Both the position numbers and the translations under genes were made by a program. This document shows, one piece after another, positions 32,541-41,936 of a stretch of DNA of 64,000 nucleotides (its first letter is position 1; every line of letters begins with the position of its first letter). Source of the stretch: Melittangium boletus DSM 14713 (GTDB taxonomy: Bacteria > Myxococcota > Myxococcia > Myxococcales > Myxococcaceae); the NCBI RefSeq assembly GCF_002305855.1, contig NZ_CP022163.1, positions 7,067,765 to 7,131,764 on the forward strand. The letters are read 5' to 3'. The notes beneath the pieces were generated by a model. That model worked only from the letters and a program-made list of their open reading frames with translations, searched no databases and was not told where the DNA came from.

Positions 32541-33737
32541 ATGCCAATCGTGGTGCAGAAATACGGCGGCTCCTCGGTCGCCGATGTGGAGAAGATCCGC
32601 CGGGTCGCACACCGGGTGAAGCAAACGCGCGAGCGCGGCTACCAGGTGGTGGTGGTGGTGTCGGCCATGGGTGACACCACGGACGAACTGCTGGCGCTGG
32701 CCAAGAAGGTGTCGGCGGACCCGCCGCGGCGCGAGCTGGACATGCTGCTCACGTGTGGCGAGCGCATCTCCATGGCGCTGCTGTCCATGGCGTTGCAGGA
32801 GCTGGGCGTGGGCGCCATCAGCTTCACCGGCAGCCAGAGCGGCATCATCACCACGGACGCGCACTCGCAGGCGCGCATCGTGGAGGTGCGGCCCTACCGC
32901 ATCGAGGAGGCGCTGGCGAAGGAGCGGGTGGTGATCGTCGCGGGCTACCAGGGGGTGTCCTCCCAGCGCGAGGTGACGACCCTCGGGCGCGGGGGCTCGG
33001 ACACCACGGCGGTGGCGCTGGCGGCGGCGCTGGACGCGGAGGCCTGTGAAATCTACTCGGACGTGGACGGCGTCTTCAGCGCGGACCCGCGGGTGGTTCC
33101 CGAGGCGAGGAAGCTGGACTCCCTCTCGTACGATGAGATGCAGGAGCTGGCGAGCGCGGGGGCGAAGGTGCTCAACGCGCAGGCGGTGGAGTTCGCCAAG
33201 GCGCGCGGCATCGTCATCCAGGCGCGCACGGCGCATGCCCAGGGCAGCGGGACGGCGGTGCGCGAGCAGGGCGCGCCCACGGATCCGCGGGTGCGGGGGG
33301 TGACGGCCGAGACGGAGATGGCGGTGCTCGCGGCGACGGTGGAGTCCGGGCGGGTGGCGTCGTTGCTCGGCTTCCTGGACGCTCGGGGGGTGAGGGGCCG
33401 GGCGCTGGCGTTCGATGGGTTGCTCGGGCGCGAGGGGCGGGTGTTCATCGCGGTCCCCTTGCAGGACGTGCACGGCCCGGAAGTGCTCCAGCGCGAGCTG
33501 GGCGAGCACTTCGGGGGGGCGGTGACGTGGTGCGAGGACGTGGGCGCGGTGACGGCGGTGGGCGCGGGGCTCAACGCGGACTGGAGCTACCTGCGCCGGG
33601 CGTTGGGCGTGGCCGAGCACCTGGGAGCCCGTGTGCATGCGGTTCACACTTCCCCCCTGCAACTCACGCTGTTGGTGGACAAGCAACACTTGAAGGCGCT
33701 CACGTTGGGCTTGCATCGCGACTTCCTCGGAACGTGA
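32541..33737 (+). CDS. ask: Aspartate kinase
   Basis: [23 protein letters not shown] ... [14 protein letters not shown] is the aspartokinase N-terminal motif. Two ACT regulatory domains at the C-terminus. Confidence 0.9.
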   Translation: MPIVVQKYGGSSVADVEKIRRVAHRVKQTRERGYQVVVVVSAMGDTTDELLALAKKVSADPPRRELDMLLTCGERISMALLSMALQELGVGAISFTGSQSGIITTDAHSQARIVEVRPYRIEEALAKERVVIVAGYQGVSSQREVTTLGRGGSDTTAVALAAALDAEACEIYSDVDGVFSADPRVVPEARKLDSLSYDEMQELASAGAKVLNAQAVEFAKARGIVIQARTAHAQGSGTAVREQGAPTDPRVRGVTAETEMAVLAATVESGRVASLLGFLDARGVRGRALAFDGLLGREGRVFIAVPLQDVHGPEVLQRELGEHFGGAVTWCEDVGAVTAVGAGLNADWSYLRRALGVAEHLGARVHAVHTSPLQLTLLVDKQHLKALTLGLHRDFLGT

Positions 33738-33839
33738 TCGGCCTTTTCTGTCCAGGCCGCTACTCAACCTGGGGCACATCACTTCCCAGGCCAGGGCTCG
33801 TGCTTACCGTGGGACCCCCAAGGGGAACGGGAGACAGGC

Positions 33840-36374
33840 ATGGGAGACGGTCGGAACATCATCGGCAGGTGGGTGGCCCTGGGATTGCTCCTGGGTCTCG
33901 GGGGCGGTTGCAAGGAGAACATCGCGCCGCGGAACGAGCCCGCTCAGGACGCGCCTCCACTGCAGATTCCGGATGGGGGCGTGCCGGACATCACGGATGG
34001 CGGCGCGCCGCATCTGCCGGGGCCCGGTGACGGGAGCACGCCGCCCTCGCGGCCCCCGCACGATGCCGAGCTCATCCGCAAGGAGAACGCGAAGCCGGGC
34101 ACCCGGGCCTGGAAGGTGACCAAGGGCGCCAACAACAACGAGATCGAGGGCTACGCGCTCGTCTCCACGGTCTCTCCGGGGGAGGGGGTCTCCATCGCGG
34201 TGTCGGTGAAGGATGGGCCGCGCAAGTTCTCCTATGAGGTCTACCGCCTGGGCTACTACGGGGGCACGGGGGGCCGCGAGGTGCTGCGCGGAGGCCCGTT
34301 GCAGGCGGTGCCCCAGACGCCCTGTGCGCCCCAGCGTCCCACGGGCCTGGTGAGCTGCACCTGGAAGCCCACGGTGGAGATCGAGACGGACGCCAAGTGG
34401 GTGCCCGGGGTGTACGTGATGAAGCTCGTGCGCGAGGACAACTTCCAGCGCTACGTGCCCTTCTTCGTGAGGGATCCGCATCCGGCCTCGGAGGTGATGG
34501 CCATCATCCCGACCTTCACCTGGCAGGCGTACAACGTGTGGGGCGGCACGAGCCTCTACGACGACAAGCCCGGCATCACCGGAACGGGACGCGCCTTCCA
34601 GGCCTCGTTCGATCGGCCCTACTACCGCAACTTCGGCGCGGGCCACCTGATGGACGACGAGCATGGGCTCATCCTGTGGCTGGAGGCGCAGGGGCTGGAC
34701 GTGACGTACGTGACGGACGAGGAGATGGATCGCAGCGGAGAGGCGCTGAGCCACGCCAAGGTGATGGTGATGTCGGGCCATGACGAGTACTGGACGCGCA
34801 CGCAGCGCGACCGGGCGGACAAGGCCCAGGCCGAGGGCCGGTCGATCATCAACCTCGGCGCCAATCAGGCCTACTGGCAGGTGCGGCTCGAGCCCGCGCC
34901 GGATGGACGGACGGACCGCATCATCACCTGCTACAAGGGCGACAAGCGCGATCCGGTGGGACTCAAGAGCCAGGACGTGTCGACGAAGTTCCGGGATCTG
35001 CCCACGAAGCGTCCGGAGAACGAGCTGCTGGGCGTGATGTTCTCCGCCCGCTGGCACCAGTTCGCCCACCCCGTGGTCATCACCAAGGAGGACCACTGGG
35101 CGCTCGAGGGCACGGGCCTCAAGAACGGGGACACGCTCTGGCGCGCCAACGGCTACGAGCAGGATCAAGTGGTGCAGAACGGCAAGTCGCCCGCGGGCCT
35201 GGACGTGCTGGCCGAGTCGCCCGCGCTGTCACTGCAGGGGGCCTTCGGCTTCGGACAGATGGTGGTGTTCCGCAAGGGCAACGCGTGGGTGTTCTCGGCG
35301 GGCGGTATCGACTTCGTGCACACGCTGGGCATCACCGAGGCGGGGGATGATCGCGCGGCGCGCATCGTGGCCAACGTGCTCTACAAGGCCCTGGGCCGCC
35401 CCGTGCCCGATGATCTGGTACGGATGAACTCGCCGTCGCTGCCCCCGGCCAAGGGGCCCTTCGCCTCGAACGTGCGCACCGTGGCGGGCCAGGCCGGCAA
35501 GCGGGGAGATCAGGATGGAGGCCCGGGCAAGGGCCTGCTGGCGGCGCCCGTGGCGGTGGCGATGCTGCCCGATGGGGGCTGGGCGGTGGTGGACGCGATG
35601 GCCAACAAGGTCAAGCGCGTGGCTCCGGACGGCACCATCTCCACGCTCTCCCAGGTGCGGCTCAACGGCCCGCTGGGAATCGCCGCGGACGCGCAGGGCA
35701 ACGTCTACGTGGCCGATTCGGACAACTACTGCATCCGCCGCATCACTCCGGACGGCACCACGACGGTGTTCGCCGGGGCGGAGATGGAGGCGGGCTTGAC
35801 GGATGGCAACGCCGCGCTGGCGCGCTTCAACCAGCCCGCGGGCCTCTTCGTCACGCCGCAGAGCGAGTTGCTCGTGGCGGACCTGGGCAATGGCGTCATC
35901 CGGCGCATCGATCTGCTCACGCCGGGCAACCCGGTGACGACGCTGCCCTCCAACGCGTGGATGTACCGGCCCTCGGCGGTGGCGCAGGGCCCGGACGGCA
36001 CGGTGTACGTGGTGGAGACGGGCATGATGCGCGTGCTGGCCCTGACCAACGGCACGGTGCGGGTGCTGGCCGGCGCTCCTCCCGGTGGCTTCGCGGACGC
36101 GAACGGCGAGGACGCGCGGATGCTTCCGTACATCGGGCTCGCGGTGCTGCCGGACGGCAGCGTGGCCTTCTCGGACCCAGGCAACTACCGCGTGCGGCGC
36201 ATCACCCCGGATGGGAACGTGACGACGCTCGCGGGCTCGGGACGCTTTGGCGCGCGCGATGGCCAGGGGGAGCAGGCGGACCTGGTGGTGCCCGGAGGGC
36301 TCGCGGTGGGTCCGGACGGCACGCTGTACGTGGCGGACTCGGGCAACGCGACCCTGCGCGCCATCACCCGCTGA
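33840..36374 (+). CDS. Large lipoprotein with an N-terminal N,N-dimethylformamidase-large-subunit-like region and C-terminal NHL (beta-propeller) repeats
   Basis: Lipobox LLGLGGGC. Motifs IIPTFTWQAYNVWGG, VMVMSGHDEYWT and ANQAYWQVRLEP resemble DmfA2-like proteins. The C-terminal repeats (NVYVADSDNYCIRRITPDG, TVYVVETG, TLYVADSGNATLRAI) are NHL-type. Confidence 0.75.
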   Translation: MGDGRNIIGRWVALGLLLGLGGGCKENIAPRNEPAQDAPPLQIPDGGVPDITDGGAPHLPGPGDGSTPPSRPPHDAELIRKENAKPGTRAWKVTKGANNNEIEGYALVSTVSPGEGVSIAVSVKDGPRKFSYEVYRLGYYGGTGGREVLRGGPLQAVPQTPCAPQRPTGLVSCTWKPTVEIETDAKWVPGVYVMKLVREDNFQRYVPFFVRDPHPASEVMAIIPTFTWQAYNVWGGTSLYDDKPGITGTGRAFQASFDRPYYRNFGAGHLMDDEHGLILWLEAQGLDVTYVTDEEMDRSGEALSHAKVMVMSGHDEYWTRTQRDRADKAQAEGRSIINLGANQAYWQVRLEPAPDGRTDRIITCYKGDKRDPVGLKSQDVSTKFRDLPTKRPENELLGVMFSARWHQFAHPVVITKEDHWALEGTGLKNGDTLWRANGYEQDQVVQNGKSPAGLDVLAESPALSLQGAFGFGQMVVFRKGNAWVFSAGGIDFVHTLGITEAGDDRAARIVANVLYKALGRPVPDDLVRMNSPSLPPAKGPFASNVRTVAGQAGKRGDQDGGPGKGLLAAPVAVAMLPDGGWAVVDAMANKVKRVAPDGTISTLSQVRLNGPLGIAADAQGNVYVADSDNYCIRRITPDGTTTVFAGAEMEAGLTDGNAALARFNQPAGLFVTPQSELLVADLGNGVIRRIDLLTPGNPVTTLPSNAWMYRPSAVAQGPDGTVYVVETGMMRVLALTNGTVRVLAGAPPGGFADANGEDARMLPYIGLAVLPDGSVAFSDPGNYRVRRITPDGNVTTLAGSGRFGARDGQGEQADLVVPGGLAVGPDGTLYVADSGNATLRAITR

Positions 36375-36390
36375 GCGGGCGCCGTCCCGC

Positions 36391-36433
36391 CGAAGCCCTC
36401 GTCTTCCGCCGCGCGCGGGGGGCGGGGGCTTCG
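36391..36433. terminator. Bidirectional stem-loop between convergent genes
   Basis: CGAAGCCC ... GGGCTTCG is an 8-bp inverted repeat enclosing the internal palindrome CCGCGCGCGG. It sits 17 nt after the plus-strand stop and 6 nt after the minus-strand stop. Confidence 0.45.
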
Positions 36434-36438
36434 CCGTT

Positions 36439-37386
36439 TCAGCGGCCCATGCCGCGAGGGCCTCCTGGCGGGGGACCCGGCCTCATGTCCGCCTCCTGGA
36501 TGAGCCGGCGCCGATCGGGCGTGTCCTTGGGCATCTCCACGAAGGCGCACATCTCGCACAACCGGCTGTAGATGCGCTCCCCCACGCGCTCGCGCAGAAG
36601 CTCCGTGTCTCGCGCCGCGCTCTTGGCGTCCTCCGTGGAGCGGTAGCCCGAGGGGGCCGAGGAGCGGGGCGCGCGGCGCTCGGGCTCCAGCGAGTAGTTC
36701 GTCGCGAAGAGCGTGGTGCGGCCCGCGTTGTAGCGCCGGGCGATGAGCTCATCGAGCGTCTCCATCTCGAACTGGCTGCCGCGCCCCTTGCCCATCTCGT
36801 CGATGGCCAGCACCGTCACGTCCGACAGCGGGCCGATGATCTCCCCTCCGCTCTTGCCCTCCTGGAAGCCGCGCCGGATGGTGGCGTAGAGCAGGGAGAT
36901 CTCCACGTAGCGCGCCTCCAGTCCCACCTCGAGCACCAGGTGCTTGAGCGTGGCGGCCAGCAGGTGCGTCTTGCCGGTGCCCACGGGGCCGCTGAGCATG
37001 AAGCCCTTGTTCACCCCCGCCTTGTCGTAGTGGTGGGCGAAGTGCATGGCGAGGTTGCGCGCCCGATCCTGGGCCTCGTTGGCGGCGCGGTAGTTCTCGA
37101 AGCTCGCGTGCGAGGTGACGCCGGGCAGGCCAATCTCGTTGAAGTGGGCCACGCGCTTCATGCGGTGCTGGCACACGCACGGCACCAGCACCTCGTAGCG
37201 CTTGGGCCCCACCTTGGCGCTGAAGGTCTGCTCGCGCACCTCGTACGTGTAGCCGCGCCCCTCACACAGGGTGCAGTGCTCCGAGCACGTACACACCCGC
37301 GCATGGGCCCGGTCTCCCCGCCGCTCGATGACGTAGGTCCGCCCCTCACACACGCCACACACCGCGCCGCTCGACTTGGTGACCAT
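36439..37386 (-). CDS. DnaC/IstB-like AAA+ ATPase with an N-terminal Cys-rich zinc-binding region
   Basis: Three CxxC-type pairs at the N-terminus (CGVCEG, CTCSEHCTLCEG, CVCQH). Walker A GPVGTGKTHLLAA, Walker B VLAIDEMGKG and the helicase-loader/IstB signature (ELIARRYNAGRTTLFATNY). ATG at 37386. Confidence 0.75.
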   Translation of the reverse strand: MVTKSSGAVCGVCEGRTYVIERRGDRAHARVCTCSEHCTLCEGRGYTYEVREQTFSAKVGPKRYEVLVPCVCQHRMKRVAHFNEIGLPGVTSHASFENYRAANEAQDRARNLAMHFAHHYDKAGVNKGFMLSGPVGTGKTHLLAATLKHLVLEVGLEARYVEISLLYATIRRGFQEGKSGGEIIGPLSDVTVLAIDEMGKGRGSQFEMETLDELIARRYNAGRTTLFATNYSLEPERRAPRSSAPSGYRSTEDAKSAARDTELLRERVGERIYSRLCEMCAFVEMPKDTPDRRRLIQEADMRPGPPPGGPRGMGR

Positions 37387-37429
37387 GGCCTTGCGCCATA
37401 GCAGAGCCGCCCGACGCGCGTCAGCCCCC

Positions 37430-38074
37430 CTACGCGTCCCCGAGCCCCAGCCGCCGCCGCACCGCCATGAGCAGCCGGAAGCGGCGCGACAGCCGCCGGG
37501 CATGGGCGGACATGAACCCCGCGTCCGAGTCGGCTCCGCTCGCCGTCCGCCACAAGGCGCGCCGCTCGGGGAAGGGCAGGGCGCGCAGCAGCACCAGGCT
37601 CACCAACGTCTCCTGGGCCTGCATGCGCTCGAAGTCCTGGGGCACCTCGCGCGCCAGCATCGCGAGCAGCCCTTGAATCCGGGGCGCGAGCGCGGGCTCC
37701 GTCTCGGCCAGTTGGGTGAGCGCGGCCGTCCACTGCGCGTGCCGCAGCTCCTCGAAGGTCCGCCGGGCCGGGCGCCGGACTCCCTCGCCCGCCCCCGCCG
37801 CGCGCTCGCGGTAGCGCTTGATCTCCGCCTCCACCTGCCGGCGGCAGGCCCGCAGGCTGCGCAGCACGGGCTCGCCGGGCCGCGCGTCCCACAGCGCCTT
37901 CTCCGCCGAGCGGGCGATCCCCCGCGCCACCACCTCGAAAGGCACTCCCAGTGCGGCCCACGCCGTCACCAACTCCGTGTCCAGCGCGGACAGCATCAAG
38001 CCGCTCCCGCGCAGGGCCAGGAAGTAGTCATGCACCAGTTCTTCGAAGCTGGCGCTCTCGGGCAGGAGGCTCAT
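37430..38074 (-). CDS. Hypothetical protein (214 aa) upstream of, and co-oriented with, the DnaC/IstB-like ATPase
   Basis: ATG at 38074. Its stop lies 44 nt from the ATPase start. Arg-rich helical protein with no recognised motif (MSLLPESASFEELVHDYFLALRGSG...). Confidence 0.55.
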   Translation of the reverse strand: MSLLPESASFEELVHDYFLALRGSGLMLSALDTELVTAWAALGVPFEVVARGIARSAEKALWDARPGEPVLRSLRACRRQVEAEIKRYRERAAGAGEGVRRPARRTFEELRHAQWTAALTQLAETEPALAPRIQGLLAMLAREVPQDFERMQAQETLVSLVLLRALPFPERRALWRTASGADSDAGFMSAHARRLSRRFRLLMAVRRRLGLGDA

Positions 38075-38234
38075 GGGCTGCTACATCTTCCTTGGTGGGC
38101 GAACGGACGGCCAGAAGCAAGCTCCTCCCTTACCAGGGCGCCCTGACATGGCAAGGCGCACGTCATCTTCCGCACAGTCCTTCTGGAAACTTTCCGTGGA
38201 GAACCAGGCAAGCCGACGTGCCCTGAGGGGCCTG

Positions 38235-38263
38235 TTGACCCGCCCCAACGCACCGCGCATAGT
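38235..38263 (+). promoter_or_regulatory. Sigma70-like promoter for the gltD-like gene
   Basis: TTGACC (38235-38240), a 17-nt spacer, then CATAGT (38258-38263). This predicts a 5'UTR of about 85 nt. The UTR contains a small hairpin CTTGCC-aagcag-GCAAGC at 38304-38320 and a GAGGAA RBS 6 nt before the ATG. Confidence 0.4.
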
Positions 38264-38354
38264 GCCGGGCTTCGCAGACCGAAATTCCCGAAGAGTCCCG
38301 GACACTTGCCAAGCAGGCAAGCCAGCCCGCCGGGAACCCCCGCAGAGGAAACAC

Positions 38355-41300
38355 ATGCGCCGTAAGCTTCTCCTCAGCCTCCTGCTCCTGGCTGCCTCGG
38401 TCGAGGCCCAGGAAAAGAAAACCCCGCGCGAATCCAAGCTCGTGAAGAAGAGCTCCACGGCCACCGTGGACAAGTCGCTCGCGGGTGACATCAGCCGCAA
38501 GAAGGAGAAGCAGGACAACGCGCCCGCGCTCCAATACGACCAGTTCCAACTGGGCGTGGAAGGGCAGGTGGCGTCCAAGCGCCGCGAGCAGATCGAGTCG
38601 CTCAAGAAGATCATCTCCCTGTCCGCGGACCCGAAGGAGCAGCCCTCGCTGCTCTTCCGCCTGGGCGAGCTCTACTGGGAGGAGTCGAAGTACTACTTCT
38701 TCGACGCCAACCGGAAGGATGACGATCTCATCGCCGCGATGAACGCCGGAGACGCCGCGGGGCAGACGCGCGCCAAGGCGGCCAAGGCGGAGCTGCTCCA
38801 GCGCTCCAAGCAGTACGGCAAGCTCGCGCTCGAGCAGTACACGAAGATCGTCCAGAGCTATCCGGACTTCGAGCGCTCGGACGAGGTGCTCTTCTTCCTG
38901 GGCACCAACCTCATGGAGGACGGCCAGGACCGCAAGGCGCTGGTGGCCTTCAAGCGCCTCATCGAGAAGTTCCCCAAGTCCAAGTACATCCCGGACACGT
39001 ACTTCGCCTTCGGCGAGTACTTCTTCAACAACTCCAAGGGCAAGCCCGCGGACCTGGAGAAGGCGCTCGCGGCCTACAAGAAGGCCGCCGAGTTCCCCGA
39101 GAGCCAAGTGTACGCGTTCGCCCTGTACAAGCAGGGCTGGTGCCACTTCAACCTCACCGACTACATGTCCGCCAAGGACAAGTGGAAGGCGGTGGTGCTC
39201 TACGGCGAGCTGGCCGGCTCCCAGGCGGTGGCGAAGGATCCCAACGCGCCGGCCAACAAGAAGGGCAACTCGCTGGTGCGCGAGGCCCGGCAGGACTACG
39301 TGCGCGCCTACGCCCGCGAGGGTGACGTGATGCTCGCGCGCGAGGACTTCTCCAAGGTCGCGACCAATCCGGAAGACCGCTTCACGATGCTCAAGGGTCT
39401 GGCCAACCTCTACTACGCGGATGGCAAGGACCGCGAGGCGGCCATCACCTACAACTCCCTCATCAAGGAGAAGCCCCTGTCGCCCGAGGCTCCGGGCTTC
39501 CAGGGCCGCATCGTCGACATCGTTCTGCGCATGGGCAACAAGGACCGCACCGTCACCCAGGTGCGCCGGCTCGTGAAGATCATGAAGGAGGTCGAAGGCT
39601 CCGGAATGATCAAGGACGAGAAGGATCAGAAGGCGCTCGCGGAGGCCAAGGACCTGGCCGAGCGCACCCTGTCCAACCTCGCCGTCACCTGGCACAACGA
39701 GGCGAAGAAGACGCGCGAGGAGGCCACGTTCGGCTACGCCGACATGATCTACTCGGACTACCTCACGCTCTTCCCGGACAGCCCCAAGGCGTACGACCTG
39801 CGCTTCTTCTGGGCGGAACTGCTCAACGACAACCTGCAGAAGTACGACAAGGCCGCGGCCAACTACACCCTCGTGGTGTTGCAGGACGTGAAGCTGCTGG
39901 AGGCCAAGGACGAGGAGGGCAACCCCAAGCCGGGCAAGCCCGGCAAGTGGCTCAACAACGCCGCGTACAACGCCGTGCTCGCCTACGACGAGATGGTGAA
40001 GGACGCCGAGAGCAAGGGCCAGTACAAGGACGAGGTCAGCAAGGACATCCGCAAGAAGGCCACCATCCCCGAGGGCAAGAAGGACCTGCTGGAGGCGTGC
40101 GAGCGCTACCTCAAGTACGTGACCAAGGGTGACAAGCGGGTGGAGATCGCCTTCAAGGCGGCCAACATCTACTACCGCCACAACCACTTCGACGAGGCGG
40201 TGCTGCGCTTCAGCGAGATCGCGCTGGGCTCGCCCGACTACAAGTTCGACACCGGTGAGCGCGCGGGCGAGGTGGCCGCCAACCTGGTGCTCGACTCGTA
40301 CAACCTGCTCGAGGACTGGTCGAAGGTGAACGAGTGGGCGCGCCGCTTCTACAACACGGAGAAGCTCGCCACGCCCAAGTTCCGCGAGGAACTGTCCAAG
40401 GTCATCGAGCAGTCGGCGTTCAAGCTCGTGAGCCAGTTGGAGGCCAAGGGCCAGTTCGCCAAGGCGGCCGATGCCTACCTGTCCTTCGTGGCGGACTTCC
40501 CGCAGACGGAGATCGCCGACGTGGCGCTCTTCAACGCGTCGGTGGACTACTACAAGGCCAAGATGCTGGATAAGGCCATCCAGGTGCGCCAGGGCATCAT
40601 CGAGAACTACCCGAACTCGCGCTTCGTGCCCGAGTGCATCTACAACAACGCGGAGGCGCTGGAGGCCATTGGTGACTTCCGCGAGTCCGGCGACGTGTAC
40701 GAGCAGTACGTGCGCGGCTACGAGGCGAGCAAGGGCGGCGCGCCGGTGGCGCGTGCCTCCGCCAAGAAGGGCAAGGGCGCGGTCGTCTCGGACAAGCCCG
40801 GTGCTCCGCAGAAGTGGGAGGAGTCCAAGGCCCAGGTGGCGCTCTTCAACGCGGCCACCTACCGCGAGGGTCTGGGTGACTACAAGGCGGCGCTGGCGTT
40901 GCGCGAGCGCTACCTGAACCTGTGGCCCAAGGCGAAGGACGCCGAGGAGATCTCCCTGTCCATCGTCGACCTGCACGTGACGACGGGCAACTACGGCAAG
41001 GCCCTGAGCCTCCTGGAGGAGTACGAGCGCCAGAACATGCGCAGCCCGAGCAAGATGCTCATGGCCGAGGGCCGCATCGTCGACATCTACGAGAACAAGA
41101 TGAAGCGCCAGGGCGACACCAACCGCCTCTACGCGCGCATCCTCGACTACTACGAGAAGCTGCCCAAGCGCCTGCAGCAGGGCCTGGACAAGTCGGCGCT
41201 GGCCCCGGTGGCGCGCGCGCAGTACCGCAGCGTGGAGCCGGACTTCCAGCACTACTCCCGCCTCAAGCTGTCCTGGGGCCGGCCCGCCAGCCCCGACAAG

Positions 41301-41936
41301 CTCAAGGCCTCCATCTCGGAGAAGAACGCCTCGCGCGAGGTCGTGGAGAAGAAGTACGTGCAGACGGTGTCGCTCGGCGCCGCCGAGACGGGCATCTGCG
41401 CCCTGCACCGCATCGGCCTCATCTACGACAACTTCGCCGACAAGATGATCAACGTCCCCATGCCCCCGGGCATCGACGAGGAGACGGAAGGCGCGCTGCG
41501 CGAGGAGTTCGGCAACCAGGCCCTTCCCATCAAGGACACCGCCGCCAACACGTTCGCCACCGCCGTGGCCAAGAGCCAGGAGCTGGGCGTCTACAACGAC
41601 TGCGCGGCCGAGAGCCTCAAGATGCTGCGCACCACCTACCGCCCGGAGCAGTTCCCGACGATGGTGGAGGAGAAGATGCCCCTCACCAAGGGACTCGACC
41701 TGGCCATCGGCGGGGACATGCTCGCCGCCATCCAGGACGTGCCTCCGCCGGTGGTGGATGACTCCGCGAAGGAACAGAACCAGACCCAGGAGGCGGCCGA
41801 GGACGTGTCGGACCTCGCCAAGCGCCTCCAGCAGCAGACGGCTACCCAGGTTGACGGCCCGGCCGCGCCCACCAAGGAGGGCACGCCCAAGAGCAAGGCC
41901 GGCACGGACGAGCAGGAACCCGAGGACTTCCTCTAA
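38355..41936 (+). CDS. gltD: Large secreted TPR-repeat protein, GltD/AgmU-like (gliding-motility complex)
   Basis: 1193 aa from the ATG at 38355 (signal peptide MRRKLLLSLLLLAASVEAQ). TPR-like repeats throughout. It is the first gene of a syntenic string (TPR lipoprotein, small secreted protein, FHA/TonB-C protein, beta-barrel, giant TPR protein, zinc-ribbon/GYF protein) matching the M. xanthus G1 glt cluster. The symbol is assigned by synteny and architecture, not by alignment. Confidence 0.8.
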   Translation: MRRKLLLSLLLLAASVEAQEKKTPRESKLVKKSSTATVDKSLAGDISRKKEKQDNAPALQYDQFQLGVEGQVASKRREQIESLKKIISLSADPKEQPSLLFRLGELYWEESKYYFFDANRKDDDLIAAMNAGDAAGQTRAKAAKAELLQRSKQYGKLALEQYTKIVQSYPDFERSDEVLFFLGTNLMEDGQDRKALVAFKRLIEKFPKSKYIPDTYFAFGEYFFNNSKGKPADLEKALAAYKKAAEFPESQVYAFALYKQGWCHFNLTDYMSAKDKWKAVVLYGELAGSQAVAKDPNAPANKKGNSLVREARQDYVRAYAREGDVMLAREDFSKVATNPEDRFTMLKGLANLYYADGKDREAAITYNSLIKEKPLSPEAPGFQGRIVDIVLRMGNKDRTVTQVRRLVKIMKEVEGSGMIKDEKDQKALAEAKDLAERTLSNLAVTWHNEAKKTREEATFGYADMIYSDYLTLFPDSPKAYDLRFFWAELLNDNLQKYDKAAANYTLVVLQDVKLLEAKDEEGNPKPGKPGKWLNNAAYNAVLAYDEMVKDAESKGQYKDEVSKDIRKKATIPEGKKDLLEACERYLKYVTKGDKRVEIAFKAANIYYRHNHFDEAVLRFSEIALGSPDYKFDTGERAGEVAANLVLDSYNLLEDWSKVNEWARRFYNTEKLATPKFREELSKVIEQSAFKLVSQLEAKGQFAKAADAYLSFVADFPQTEIADVALFNASVDYYKAKMLDKAIQVRQGIIENYPNSRFVPECIYNNAEALEAIGDFRESGDVYEQYVRGYEASKGGAPVARASAKKGKGAVVSDKPGAPQKWEESKAQVALFNAATYREGLGDYKAALALRERYLNLWPKAKDAEEISLSIVDLHVTTGNYGKALSLLEEYERQNMRSPSKMLMAEGRIVDIYENKMKRQGDTNRLYARILDYYEKLPKRLQQGLDKSALAPVARAQYRSVEPDFQHYSRLKLSWGRPASPDKLKASISEKNASREVVEKKYVQTVSLGAAETGICALHRIGLIYDNFADKMINVPMPPGIDEETEGALREEFGNQALPIKDTAANTFATAVAKSQELGVYNDCAAESLKMLRTTYRPEQFPTMVEEKMPLTKGLDLAIGGDMLAAIQDVPPPVVDDSAKEQNQTQEAAEDVSDLAKRLQQQTATQVDGPAAPTKEGTPKSKAGTDEQEPEDFL

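Noticed and set aside
36439-37386. IstB-like ATPase considered as part of an IS21-family insertion sequence.
   Set aside because: No IstA transposase, no terminal inverted repeats and no target duplication are visible, and the flanking genes are intact. It is treated as a chromosomal ATPase (see findings).
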